A stretch of 20,000 nucleotides of DNA from Spironucleus salmonicida (Eukaryota), in the NCBI RefSeq assembly GCF_000497125.1, contig NC_090597.1, positions 1,857,752 to 1,877,751 of the forward strand, read 5' to 3'. The first letter of the stretch is position 1. Each line of letters starts with the position of its first letter. The position numbers and the translations under genes are program-made. The notes beneath the pieces were generated by a model. It was not told where the DNA came from and did not search any database. It worked only from the letters and a program-made list of their open reading frames with translations. Shown piece by piece: positions 9,311 through 20,000 of this stretch.

Positions 9311-11750
9311 TTTAGTAAAGTGATGATTCATTCGTTCTCTTCTAATGTCATTAGAATTCTTTTCTTTGACTTATTGTTTAACTTAATAGATTCCGAGGTG
9401 ACGAACTCAATTTTCAGTAACAGAAAATTTCGCCAGAATGATTTTCTAAACCCTGGCTACTCCTATTTTTCCTGAACTTGATCTTTTTTTTTTTGTTTGG
9501 ATCCTTTTGGATCAGAAATATAGTTCTCTTGAAGCTGGTTAAATATTTTAAATAGTTTTCACTTCATCTTTAGTTAATAAATATTAGATTTGTTTATAGT
9601 ATGAGCCAAATTGATATGTTTCAATCTTATTAATTATTACAAACTTACTATAGTCTTGCTTAGTGCTAAGTACATCAGGAGTATAATAATAGTTCTATTT
9701 TTCAATTTCTTAAGGTAGTACAACTATTACTTCTCTATCTTTATTAAGCAATCTTATTTATTCAACTTTGCTACATACGTTATTACTTTCAAATTTCTAT
9801 TTAGTACTAGCTTTCTTATTTATCTTTATGAGTTCATTATTTATTACTAATTCGATGAAAGCTAGGTCATCTCTTTTTCTTCAATCAGCAGTTTTGCGTT
9901 TATGAACTTCACCATTTCTTTGGTTAAAAAATGAAGGTACTATCTTTTAAATATAGATAAAAATTAACAGATATTCACTTAACTTGCTTATCAAAGTTTA
10001 TAAAGATCATTGGGTCTGGTTAAATAATTATATATAAAAAACTATATTTGAATTAGCCTCTCTTCGAATAGTCGTTTCCAAAATAATCAATTGATCTATA
10101 TACAATTCAATAAACTATTTCTATTCGAATTCTTAACTTGTTATCCTTCCAATATCCTTAAAGATATCTTTTATATGTTCTTCCTTGAGACCGTTCATTA
10201 ACAAGAAAGTTGTAAACAACTATCTAAAAGGTCCATACAGTATCTTAATAGAATGTAAACATGAAATGGTTGCCCAAATCCAAGATATCTTCTTTAAAAA
10301 TTAGTTTATAGAAATCAGATTCAGTTGTAGTTTGAAATACTGAACTTCCACTCAAGTCATCTAATAATAAAACTATTTTTATATTCGTATCTAATATTTA
10401 TTATAACGCAATCCAATTTATTCATACAGAATTACATATATAATCAACAACATCACCTAAGCAATCTTTCTATAAAACTAAACATTCTTAATAATATTGC
10501 TTTACCCATTCGAATTGTGAAAGTATGTTTTTAAAAACTTGAAAGAATAGTTTTTGATCTCCATTTTTAATTTCTTTATCTTTTAAAGTAGTTCGTATCT
10601 AATCTTATGTTATCAATGATAGATTTATAATGGTTTTCATTTTCTATAATTCTTGACATAACATTAATAACTTTTATTTTGAAGTCTTCCATTCGAATCA
10701 ACAAATGGTATATTAATATATTGTCTTTGGTTTTTGATTTTTAATAAGTTTAATCACAATCGATAGTTGGACTTAAGAAGAATGTATGAGTTATAGCTCA
10801 ATTGTTTAAATAAGGGTCATCTAAATTATACTTTGATAGTTTACTTTAATCTAATATGCTTAATTTATTTTATTCATTGAATACGTTTTGACTGTTCCTG
10901 CTGAACCCATAAGTCCAAAATAACCATAACCATTATTTTAATTTAGACCTCCTGGGGTCCGGACGGTTGCATCCGAGTATTTTTTTGTTTTTTATATCAA
11001 AAATTGAATTTCGTCTGATTGTATATTGTACTCCATATATTTAATTGAAGCAAAAATAATAATAAATTAAATGAATGAATGTCACTTTAGCAAAAACCTA
11101 CAAAATATATAAACTGATTCTTGTTAAACTTCTGCTTGTGATGCAACTCTTTTACTTTCAGTTTAATTTAAAATATTAAATGATAATTAATTAGTTCTAT
11201 TTGTCATATCTTTGCAAACAAATATAGTTCGATTCAAAGGCTGCAGCATTAAACTTTTAGATATTAAGATACTAATGGTTTCATCACATTAATTTGATTT
11301 TATATAAACTGTATTTAAGTGTCTAAAGAACTTAGCTGAATTAAGTTCACTTGTAAGATATCTTTTAATAATTACTGTTGTTTTTGTAATCTCCAAATCT
11401 ATCTTTGTTTAATAGCTGAAACATGCATTCAAATTTATATTTTTACTGTTGGATCAATAGTATACTTATCGAATTGTAATTTAAACTAATCATAAAACAT
11501 CTTATATTCAACTTCAGGAAGGATGTGCTATTAATTATTGATAGGATCATACGAATCTTAATAAACCAATTTAAAATATTTATAGTTTATTATTTGCAAT
11601 GGTACTTTATCATTTCTAAAATCTGTTAAAATTTTATAATAAGTAATATTTATATAGTATGTCAATATTGAACTTTATAAATTACATTACTTGTAAAAGA
11701 TGAACATTTCAGATAGATTATCATTACCAGGGTTTAGTTACGATTAACCA
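9290..11750 (-). pseudogene. Decayed large P-loop NTPase gene (multiple frameshifts and TGA stops)
   Basis: The minus strand from ATG 11036 reads MEYNIQSDEIQFLIQKTKKYSDATVRTPGGLNQNNGYGYFGLMGSAGTVKTYSMN, a Walker A GxxGxGKT with G>V (10884-10907). A Walker B-like KIVLLLDD lies at 10356-10379 in another frame, followed by LLMNGLKEEHIKDIF. Protein-like broken reading continues down to about 9290 and up to about 11750. Outer boundaries are approximate. Confidence 0.65.
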
Positions 11751-11950
11751 TGGCCCTCTTAGGGATCAGTAGCCCAATAGGAGGTTACTGTCCTTCGTTT
11801 TGCCTCCGCTAGCAATAATCCCTTTTAATTGATCCTAATTAATAACCTCCTGTTAATTATGTTTTGAAAAAAATAGGGGCCTGTTGCCAAAAGCTGACAT
11901 AGCACGATCTAGTATCTACTTTCTCTGGCTTGGAACATCCATGATAGTGT

Positions 11951-12676
11951 ATGATATACTATTATTTTAGTAGATAGGAGTTAGCAGAGCGAATCAGAGT
12001 AACAATAATAAAAGCAAGTGAAATTATTTGTGCAAGATGTATCAGTAGGTGCTCAGGATGTGAGATTCGCCAAGAGATGTAAAGAGATCTTACTAAATAT
12101 ATTATTCGTGTGGCTTTACAGGACTCTATGTATTTGAGAGGAGTGATCCTGCTATGTTGGGCTGCTAGAGCGCTTATTTTACTACTTGTGTATTTTATAA
12201 CTATACAGATATATAATATATTAGCAAGGCGCGCAGTAGGTAATTAGCTGGCATACAGAAACTAAATACAAAATAGATTTCAAAGCTTTTTCCTTAATAA
12301 GTATATTTCGATGCAGTTGGTAATAATTACAATACTAGTTTAGGTAAATATCGTTTACTCAGTATTAGACATGATCTGCATGATGTATTTAACTTAACTA
12401 ATCCTGCACAGTATCAAATTTATCCCTAGCACTATGCATTAAATTGTTGCTAATGCATTCCATAGGATATAAGGTTCTGGTTTTGAGTCACAAATATGCT
12501 ATGAATTATAAGAATATTAAGTATTTAGAACTAATTAGTTTTAACCTGAGTTTTTGATCTAAAATAATGCTATATATTTGCAATATATATTAAATACTAA
12601 TATTGTATACTCAGTAAACAAAAACCTACACAAGTAAATATAAATATAACTAAATCTGCTCATATGTATAATTTGA
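11951..12676 (+). CDS. Questionable 241-aa ORF with one CxxCxxxCxxC cluster and hydrophobic segments; may be a cysteine-rich protein relic
   Basis: TGA-free from ATG 11951 to TGA 12674-12676. It contains ICARCISRCSGCE and GVILLCWAARALILLLVYFITI. There is no AGTGA at the stop, and ORFs of this length can arise by chance in a one-stop code. Confidence 0.2.
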
Positions 12677-14231
12677 GTTTCCCTATATAATAACACTAGC
12701 TATGCTTATTTTTATAAAATATCATATTATATAATTTTAATTATCAGAGCAGTAATTTTAAAGCCTTAAATGTCACAGCCTCTCATCGATAGCGGAAGCG
12801 CTTTAAAAATCGAGATTTCATATTTTATTATACATTAAATTTAATTAAAATGCTATTCCTTCAAAATGCGTTCAATAAGTTACCCAGACAATTCACAAGC
12901 GCCATTTGGCTAATGCTATCCACTACATATCGAATGTACCTATCATACCTCCATTTATCACTATTTCATCATTTCTGATACCGCCAAGAGTAAATCCAAA
13001 GCACCCTGCAAGCCGATCATCAGAAGTTTAAAAGCAGCATCGTCAAGATGTCCCCAAACGGTACGGTTTTTAATTCTGCAAAATCGCTCATTGAACCGAT
13101 TTAAAGTTGATCGATTCGTGAAATTTCAGCGGAAATTTGGTCCATAACTGCATGGAATCTCGAGAGCGCGAGAGCGAAGTTTACACTGAAGGGAATTTTT
13201 TAGGGACGAAGTTGCATAAGCTGCACGAAATCTAGAGATTTGGGGGCGAAGAGGGCCTGCGAAAATGTGGTTATTAGGGGTGAGGAGATAGCGCTAGCTC
13301 GGTAGTCAGGACCCAGCGAGGTAGCAATATCATAATTTATCGGGAGCAGGGTTGAACTTATGCTAGCTTAGGCCTTCCACATTTTGGTGCTACGAGGCTG
13401 AGTTGCGGCTGTTGGCATAGTGAATAATGGCTTACTCTTCATATTTGGCATAGGTGGCTGCTAGTGAAGTGGGTACCACTAGTACGGTACCCCAAGTATT
13501 TCCATAGACAGCACCACGGTAGGCGTGAGTGGTACTGGGATAGTGCTTGACGACAATACAATACTATAGTATATATAGTAATAGCTTAAATGGAGTTTAA
13601 TAGTATATATGCATTGGGAGTGGTGCCTATAAGGATATTTAGTATATACTATTGTATCTATATAATACATTACTATACTTACTAATATATATTCACTTAT
13701 GAGCCCAGGTACAAAGTAGCCTAAGAAGGCTATTCTTACCTGTAGAGTACAAGCACAGGCTATGCCGAATACTGTATACATTCTATCTTTAATACCCGCA
13801 TGATGCATAATCTATCAAACATGATACTCTGCAGTCTCACTCGGTATGCTGCTTAAGACCGAAGCATAGGGATGGATGAATGTTAGATGGTAACGACGAC
13901 TCGCTAGGATGAGTTTTACTGAAGAGAAGCGACGTCAGCAGAAGATGATACTTATTGCATCTAGTAACGATAGGGATGCGTGGGATCATGCATAGAGTAT
14001 GAGCTAATGTATTTTTAGGAAACTCCTATATTTACTAATAATGCGTGATAGTTAAGTAGTATTGTATATTGTTAATTCCTTACTAGCGCTCAAATACAGA
14101 TAGAAAAACTACATTAGTTTATTTGATACTTTTTGTTTCGTAAAACACTTAACATTCATTAATCATACTATTTATTAATATATAATAAAAATACATAAAG
14201 TTTTCAAAGGATAGCAAAGTATTTTATATAA

Positions 14232-14270
14232 TAATACCCTATTTTACATCTTACCTCTTTAACTCCTTAA
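14232..14270 (+). promoter_or_regulatory. C/T-rich putative promoter element directly upstream of the ATG
   Basis: A G-free tract TAATACCCTATTTTACATCTTACCTCTTTAACTCCTTAA immediately precedes ATG 14271. C-rich upstream motifs and very short 5' UTRs are described for Spironucleus. Confidence 0.45.
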
Positions 14271-17200
14271 ATGTCATCAGGTTTATCTATTGAGTTTAAA
14301 GCTCTTCCATATTCAGTTGACTAGGGTTATAATGTAATAATTAATAAAAAGATTAAAAAGCTTAAATTTACTATAAGAGATAACGAAATTAGTTAATCTA
14401 TCTAGCTTGATAGTGAATAGAAATATATTCTGTGCGCCAATGTTAGTACTAAAGAACAACTTTGTGCTGTATAAATAGTGCTACTATACAAAAAGTTAAA
14501 AAAAATTATACCAAACTGTACTATATAGCTAGTATAAAAACATAAATTTTTTGCGTATGAGGATCTTTACTTCTGGAATAACATTGGAATTGTAGCTGCC
14601 CAAATGGGACTGAAGACCAAATCAATTAAGATATATAAAGACCATGAAGGGGAAAATTTAACACCAGATTTAGATCTTTATCTAGCAGAGATCAATTAGT
14701 ACGATTTACAATATATTTCATTTTATGATAGCTTCGACACATTGACGATTCTAAAACCAGAAGGTATAAACAAGTGTGCTTTTCATGAAAATTTAATACT
14801 GACCTAGTTAGCTGCAATCTAATACCAGCATACAGAAAAGTACCCGTTAATATTGCCATTAGTTTTTGGATTTTCTGCATATCAGTTATATACTGACAGA
14901 TTTGTTCAAATTTTTTAGAAAGCTGAAGTTGCATCAGCATAGGATCTTAAGCATTCTATTTTAAGAAAAATATTCGAATTGTCCAATATTGTTTATAACG
15001 AACAAGTATTACCAGATAAATTTAAAGTTATGAATCTGTTCCAACTACCTATCCACTTTATCGGGACTGGGATCAGTTTGTTCATGTTCCAGCAGCTCTG
15101 CCACGTGTCCTACCTCTTCAAGGCGGAGTATTTTGCATTATTCTCGTTGGTTAAAAATGATCTTAACGACACTCTTACGAATGCTGTCATAAGCCAGAGC
15201 TCCAGGTCTGGGAAAAGTGTAGCATTGTACACGCAGTATTTTTTCCACCTCCTGATGGGGAATGTTCCAATATTGCTTAATATGTAGGGTTCTACATTAT
15301 AGCCTCTATACAAATACAAGACACACTCATTTCATCAGTAGCTAGTTGCTCAGTATAAAAATATATTCAAGTTGCAGGATTTAACGAACCTCAAGGAAAC
15401 AGTGCTAGCTGATGTTTGTAAATTCCATACCTTTCAGTTGGAAAGCTTAGACTAAATGTCTTTTATTTACTAGACTATGATTATATTTATTAACAAAATT
15501 CAGGGCAACTTGTAATTAGTTCAAAAGCTAAAATACGATAATTCTATATAGTTGCAATTCGATTAACTAAAACTAGCTTCTTTTTTCATTATAGATACTG
15601 CAAATATTATAAATGATATAGACTAAGTATTACTTGAATAACAAAGGCGAAATAATATATAATTGAAACACCCTATCATTTTGGTAGATGAGTGCTTGCA
15701 GTCATAGAAGGAGAAGTTTTCGAAATGCGTTAAGTTGTGTCAGTCGTTGTTCAAATATTACGAAGAGAAGCTGATAAAGTTAGGTAAAGATTAGTATATA
15801 GAGATACAAAGCACATTGGATAATGCAAAATTTTGGTAGATAGGTAGATTAGGAAATATCAGAAATACCAAATATCATCTAGCTATCAATGTTATTTAAC
15901 AACTTCTGAACACTGACTTACTTTTAGCTGTAAAAAGGAAACTGGATCGAATTAGTTGGAAGCTAAAATATGAATACTAGGATATTAGCTTGTACCAAAC
16001 TGTTGAAAACATTTTAGCGAGTGTTTAATCACAAAATACAGATTAGAGATTCAATACTATACACGCCAACTAAGAAATTATAGTGGAATATTTTAAATCT
16101 CTTAATAGTTTACTAGGAAAATCAGAATACATTCTCATAGCGATGGAGTACCTTCACCTCGAGATTGATGATTACGACCTTCTCGACGAGCTAGTCGTTC
16201 ACTCACCGCAGATACTGAATACTGGGAACAGAACAGATTTTAGAAAGATATTATTTTCGGGAATGTCGTCTTACAGGAATCGAGGACAGTACTACGAAGA
16301 TTTTGAAGTGGATTTCTTCAAGTTTATTCTTTAATTATTTAACCCCAGAGGGGCCGAAACAGCATTTTGGAAAGCATTTTCAATTATTGCATTTAAGAAA
16401 ATTGAACATAGCTAAGTGGATGACAAGTTATCTAAGGATAAAAAAGAAGAAAAAACTACTAGAGAGAATGCTTTCCCTATAAGTTAGCAGGGCATGCTAA
16501 AATAATATTGGTCTTCTTCAGTCCAGTCTTTAATATGTAAATATTTTATGAATACAAATACAGATGATTTACATTAAGATCTATAACAGATGATTCTAAA
16601 ACTGCCAAAAATGTCGGAATAATACAGTACTAAATACGAAATGCCTAATTTTGACTATTTTACTGTTATAATGGCTGGAACAGATCTTGCCATCATCAAT
16701 TGCCTTACTCTCAATTAATTTTGCTACAATACCATGTTAAGTAGAGGTTGGTTGCACTACATTAATACTTAAATATTAGGACATGTTCAGCCTCACGCGT
16801 CATTGCTGTCTAGCTTGCAGTACGAGCAGCGTCGGATGGTAGTGGATGACAAAAGTTATAAGGATTCTATTAATAATATAGAATAATCAGTCAAGACATT
16901 TGCTAAAGACACCCCAATTTTGGTATCGCTACTGTACTCGATGATGACGGAGAAGTCGGTTGAGATGCAGTTCATGTGCTCATCGGTATGCCCGTCTATA
17001 TGGTTTCAGTATAACTAAAAAATATTAAATTTCAATGCAACCAGCAGGCATGTAGTCAGTTTTTGTGTAGAAGGTAAAAAGTTAATTCCAGAGCAAACTA
17101 TGTATCAGTTTGATAGCCTCACCTAAACCTATAACAATATTATCATACACAAAGGTGCTAATAAAAATACTAAATTTAAGCTCACAAAAGGATATGCTCA

Positions 17201-19505
17201 TTTTGAATTACTACAAGATAATCAAAATTACAATATCAGCTGCATTGCATCGTCGACTCTGAACTACGAGGTGGTCTCCGTTTTGAACTATTAGCTCATG
17301 CTTACATTTATAGAGTAGTATTAAACCTCAGAGATAAGTGTAGCATATGCTTAAGATACGCTATAACAAATGTCTAAATTATTCTAGAGAAGCGTGTTGC
17401 TTGAATTTATGCAGGTCATCCTGTTCATGGCGAAGCTTACCTGGCAGTCGGCAACCCTAAGTACGAACATTTCCCTGATTATGGGCTAAGTGGACACTGG
17501 GCATGTCTACGTCTAATACTTGCATGGTGGAAGTATTGATTCCGAGAAAAGCGAGAGTGTTTTTAGTTTGCTGAGAAGAACGTCCGTGCCGCATAAGTTT
17601 ATGTTCCTAAACCCCACCTTTGACTACGCGTTCTAAAATTTTAATAAAAAATCATCTATTTCTATATATGAATAGGTACTGAAAGATTCGGTAGCAGCTG
17701 CGAAAGAAACTTTTCAGTTGCTGCGTTAGAGGCTACCAGTCTAGCCAGAAAGTACCACCAAAAAGGAAGAATCCTCCGCCAAAGAAGCCATTGTGGAGTA
17801 GGATGGTGGAGCTCAGGATGATGTTGGCAGCACATCCCCACCATAAGAGTGTTAACTACCTAAAACTCAGGATGAAGCGTAGGAAAAATTAAAAGACAAA
17901 TAAACAGGCCCTATGCTAATTATCGTGATCCCTTTCGACAAGAAGATGTGCTTTACGGATAGTTTGGACAAAACAAAGCACAAAATATTTGACTTCATCG
18001 TCACGTTCCACGGGTACCCTGACCTCAGTTTGGAGACAAAAGATGGCTGCCAAGTGCTTCCGATAGAGTGTGGTCACCATATCCCCGAAGTGTTGGTCAA
18101 AAAGGTTAAAGCGTTCAAGCTTAATAATGTATTGCAGATTGGGCTTGATAGGAAAGGAGCACACCTGATATTAGACGTTAACTATAAATCTTAAAATTGG
18201 TAATATAATTTGTAAAAAGCTGAAGATTTAGTAAAGCTGCAGTAATAAACGGAAAAAGACAAAAATGTCAAACATGCTGAAATTTTACAATCAGAAAAAT
18301 AAAAGATTGTAAAACACTCATTTTATAAAATAAGTTGCCGCTAAGATTGCTATACCGAAAGTTTTATTGAATTTTTAAAAATCAATATTCCATTCAATGT
18401 GTTTTAAGATTATGGATCTAATTTTATTTAAATAAAACAAGAGTTAGACTAGACTGCTAAAGATAAATTAGATACAATGGAATAATTTTAGAAATGCATT
18501 AATTTTGATATTTAATTCTAACCATAAGGCATAACTTAATTTGAATTGGGTAGTACTACAATGAAAGCATAAACGAATGATAAATAGATTCGGCTGTCAG
18601 TTTTATTCATATAAGATAAATAAAGAATTATCTATCAATTAAGCCAGTTATATCATATGCTAGGCTTTAACATATGCAATGACGAAATTATTAGTGTATT
18701 TTTCACTGTCAGTGTTGATATATACAAATTTTTAGAGAAATTGTAGCTTCGTCTCGTATTTGCATAAGGTGAAAATGATTATCAGTATTTATATGTAGAA
18801 AACAATCCTGACACGATACAATAGAAAGAAGAAGTATTGAGTGCATAAATTTTGATGGATGCAAACCTAGCAGCTGTGTAAGCCTTAAATAACTAATAGA
18901 ATTTTTCCGCAGATGCACGTAATCTTGTCATGTATACTGCCATAATTTTGTCATTCAAAGCAGATGTTAATATTAAGTGTTAGTATTAAGCCAAAAATTT
19001 TTAATTTACGATAACTTATAATGATTTACTTGAACAACTGTCCACTTTTGGTAGTATAATTTATTAATATAAAAATGGTACCTTATTCTTAAAAAATAGC
19101 AATATCCATTTGATTTCTATTTTCCGACTTAACTCACCTAGTTTTTAGAGTTTTTGCGAGGATGATTGGAAATATTTTAGCTTATTAACACAATTTTGCA
19201 ATTAGTAAGAGAATACGAGGTAGTAGTTATTTTAATAAAAGTTCTAGACATACTTTGATTAAATTTCGAAGCTGCTTCAGAAAGTTACCGTCGATAAAGT
19301 TGTTTACTTTGGATTTTAATACGAATGTGAATAGATTACTTATGGCAAGCGTGAACAATTTAGTTAACGTTAATTTTTAAGCCCAAACAAGTTAGACAGT
19401 AAATAGTTGCTGAAGTTATTTGTGGAATCGAAAGTAATTATACTTAGTACCAAATAAAAGATAACAAGAAGATAAAGTTTTGGTAAAAATTATTTTTTTG
19501 AGTGA
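14271..19505 (+). CDS. 1744-aa protein with divergent P-loop NTPase and candidate PD-(D/E)xK-like nuclease motif (Crinkler/RHS-like architecture); TAA/TAG=Gln
   Basis: A single intron-less frame runs from ATG 14271 (MSSGLSIEFKALPYSVDQGY) to TGA 19503-19505 (..GKNYFFE*) and contains track ORFs 14979, 16083 and 17913. Motifs: Walker A-like AVISQSSRSGKS (15183-15218), Walker B IILVDE (15675-15692), FTVIMAGT (~16659-16682) and FDFIVTFHGYPDLSLETK (D at 17991, ETK at 18033-18041). The ORF itself is near certain; the domain calls are less so. Confidence 0.9.
19501..19505 (+). promoter_or_regulatory. Putative AGTGA polyadenylation signal overlapping the TGA stop
   Basis: GAG TGA forms AGTGA at the end of the 1744-aa gene and is followed by T-rich sequence. 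Confidence 0.6.
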
Positions 19506-19584
19506 AGCTTTATAATTTAGTAATTTCCAATTAACATGGCTAGGTAATGTAGTTGCCTTGATGATACTTAGTTCATAGTTAACT

Positions 19585-19616
19585 ATTTATTCATTTATAT
19601 ATATAAATGAATAAAT
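19585..19616. repeat. Perfect 32-bp palindrome
   Basis: ATTTATTCATTTATAT|ATATAAATGAATAAAT: the arms are exact reverse complements with no spacer. Confidence 0.95.
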
Positions 19617-19621
19617 TATTA

Positions 19622-20000
19622 TAATATAGTAATATTAGTAATATAGTAAAAATATAGTAATATAGTAATATAGTAATATAGTAATATAGTAATATAGTAA
19701 TATAGTAATATAAAAAGTAATATAGTAATATAGTAATATAGTAATATAGTAATATAGTAATATAGTAATATAGTAATATAGTAATATAGTAATATAGTAA
19801 TATAGTAATATAGTAATATAGTAATATAGTAATATAGTAATATAGTAATATAGTAATATAGTAATATAGTAATATAGTAATATAGTAATATAGTAATATA
19901 GTAATATAGTAATATAGTAATATAGTAATATAGTAATATAGTAATATAGTAATATAGTAATATAGTAATATAGTAATATAGTAATATAGTAATATAGTAA
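19622..20000 (+). repeat. Tandem 8-bp satellite (TAGTAATA)n, about 46 units, running off the window end
   Basis: Variant units occur near the start (extra T ~19636, AAA insertions ~19649 and ~19712). The array is perfectly homogeneous from about 19717 to 20000. Confidence 0.97.

Noticed and set aside
9484-9494. T11 tract as a retro-element poly(A) tail
   Set aside because: It is short, reads as Lys codons within the decayed minus-strand gene, and no target-site duplication is visible.
12860-13060. Minus-strand coding-like scrap (GHLDDAAF / DDRLAGCFGFTLGGIRNDEIVINGGMIG)
   Set aside because: It looks protein-like but is frameshifted, and I could not assign it to a family.
13471-13492. Hairpin GGGTACC-N8-GGTACCC
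   Set aside because: The stem is only 7 bp, with no terminator-like or element-end context.
13020-13808. 262-aa minus-strand ORF in table 6 (extension of track ORF 13479-13808)
   Set aside because: It has no recognisable motif, heterogeneous composition and no AGTGA end, so it is probably a chance ORF.
14271-19505. In-frame TAA/TAG as nonsense mutations of a pseudogene
   Set aside because: 1744 codons with no TGA and no frameshift are incompatible with neutral decay. Codon reassignment explains the pattern.
14271-19620. Giant gene as a Helitron Rep/helicase or other known transposase/RT
   Set aside because: I saw no HUH/Y2 motifs, PIF1 helicase motif series, DDE or RT motifs, terminal inverted repeats or GC hairpin + CTRR end.

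Overview
This is AT-rich eukaryotic DNA in which TAA and TAG encode Gln and TGA is the only stop, so the supplied standard-code ORF track fragments or misses the real genes. The lack of introns, AGTGA overlapping the stop codons and a relic of the diplomonad-type fused glycerol-3-phosphate dehydrogenase point to a hexamitid diplomonad (Spironucleus/Hexamita-like); this is an inference. Read in that code, the window has two long intact genes. One is a 5'-open coiled-coil repeat protein of at least 1085 aa (2-3259). The other is a 1744-aa protein (14271-19505) with a divergent P-loop NTPase followed by a candidate D-x13-ExK restriction-endonuclease-like motif, resembling Crinkler/RHS-type NTPase+REase proteins. 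Between them lie about 11 kb of decayed sequence: cysteine-rich protein relics, a GC-rich island of frameshifted housekeeping-gene fragments (CS-domain N-terminus joined to the FAD/NAD oxidoreductase + DUF1667 part of G3PDH) and a second, broken P-loop NTPase gene on the minus strand. The window ends with a perfect 32-bp palindrome next to a (TAGTAATA)n array that runs off the edge. The layout suggests a subtelomeric or heterochromatic gene birth-and-death region. All domain calls come from manual translation and motif recognition, not database searches.
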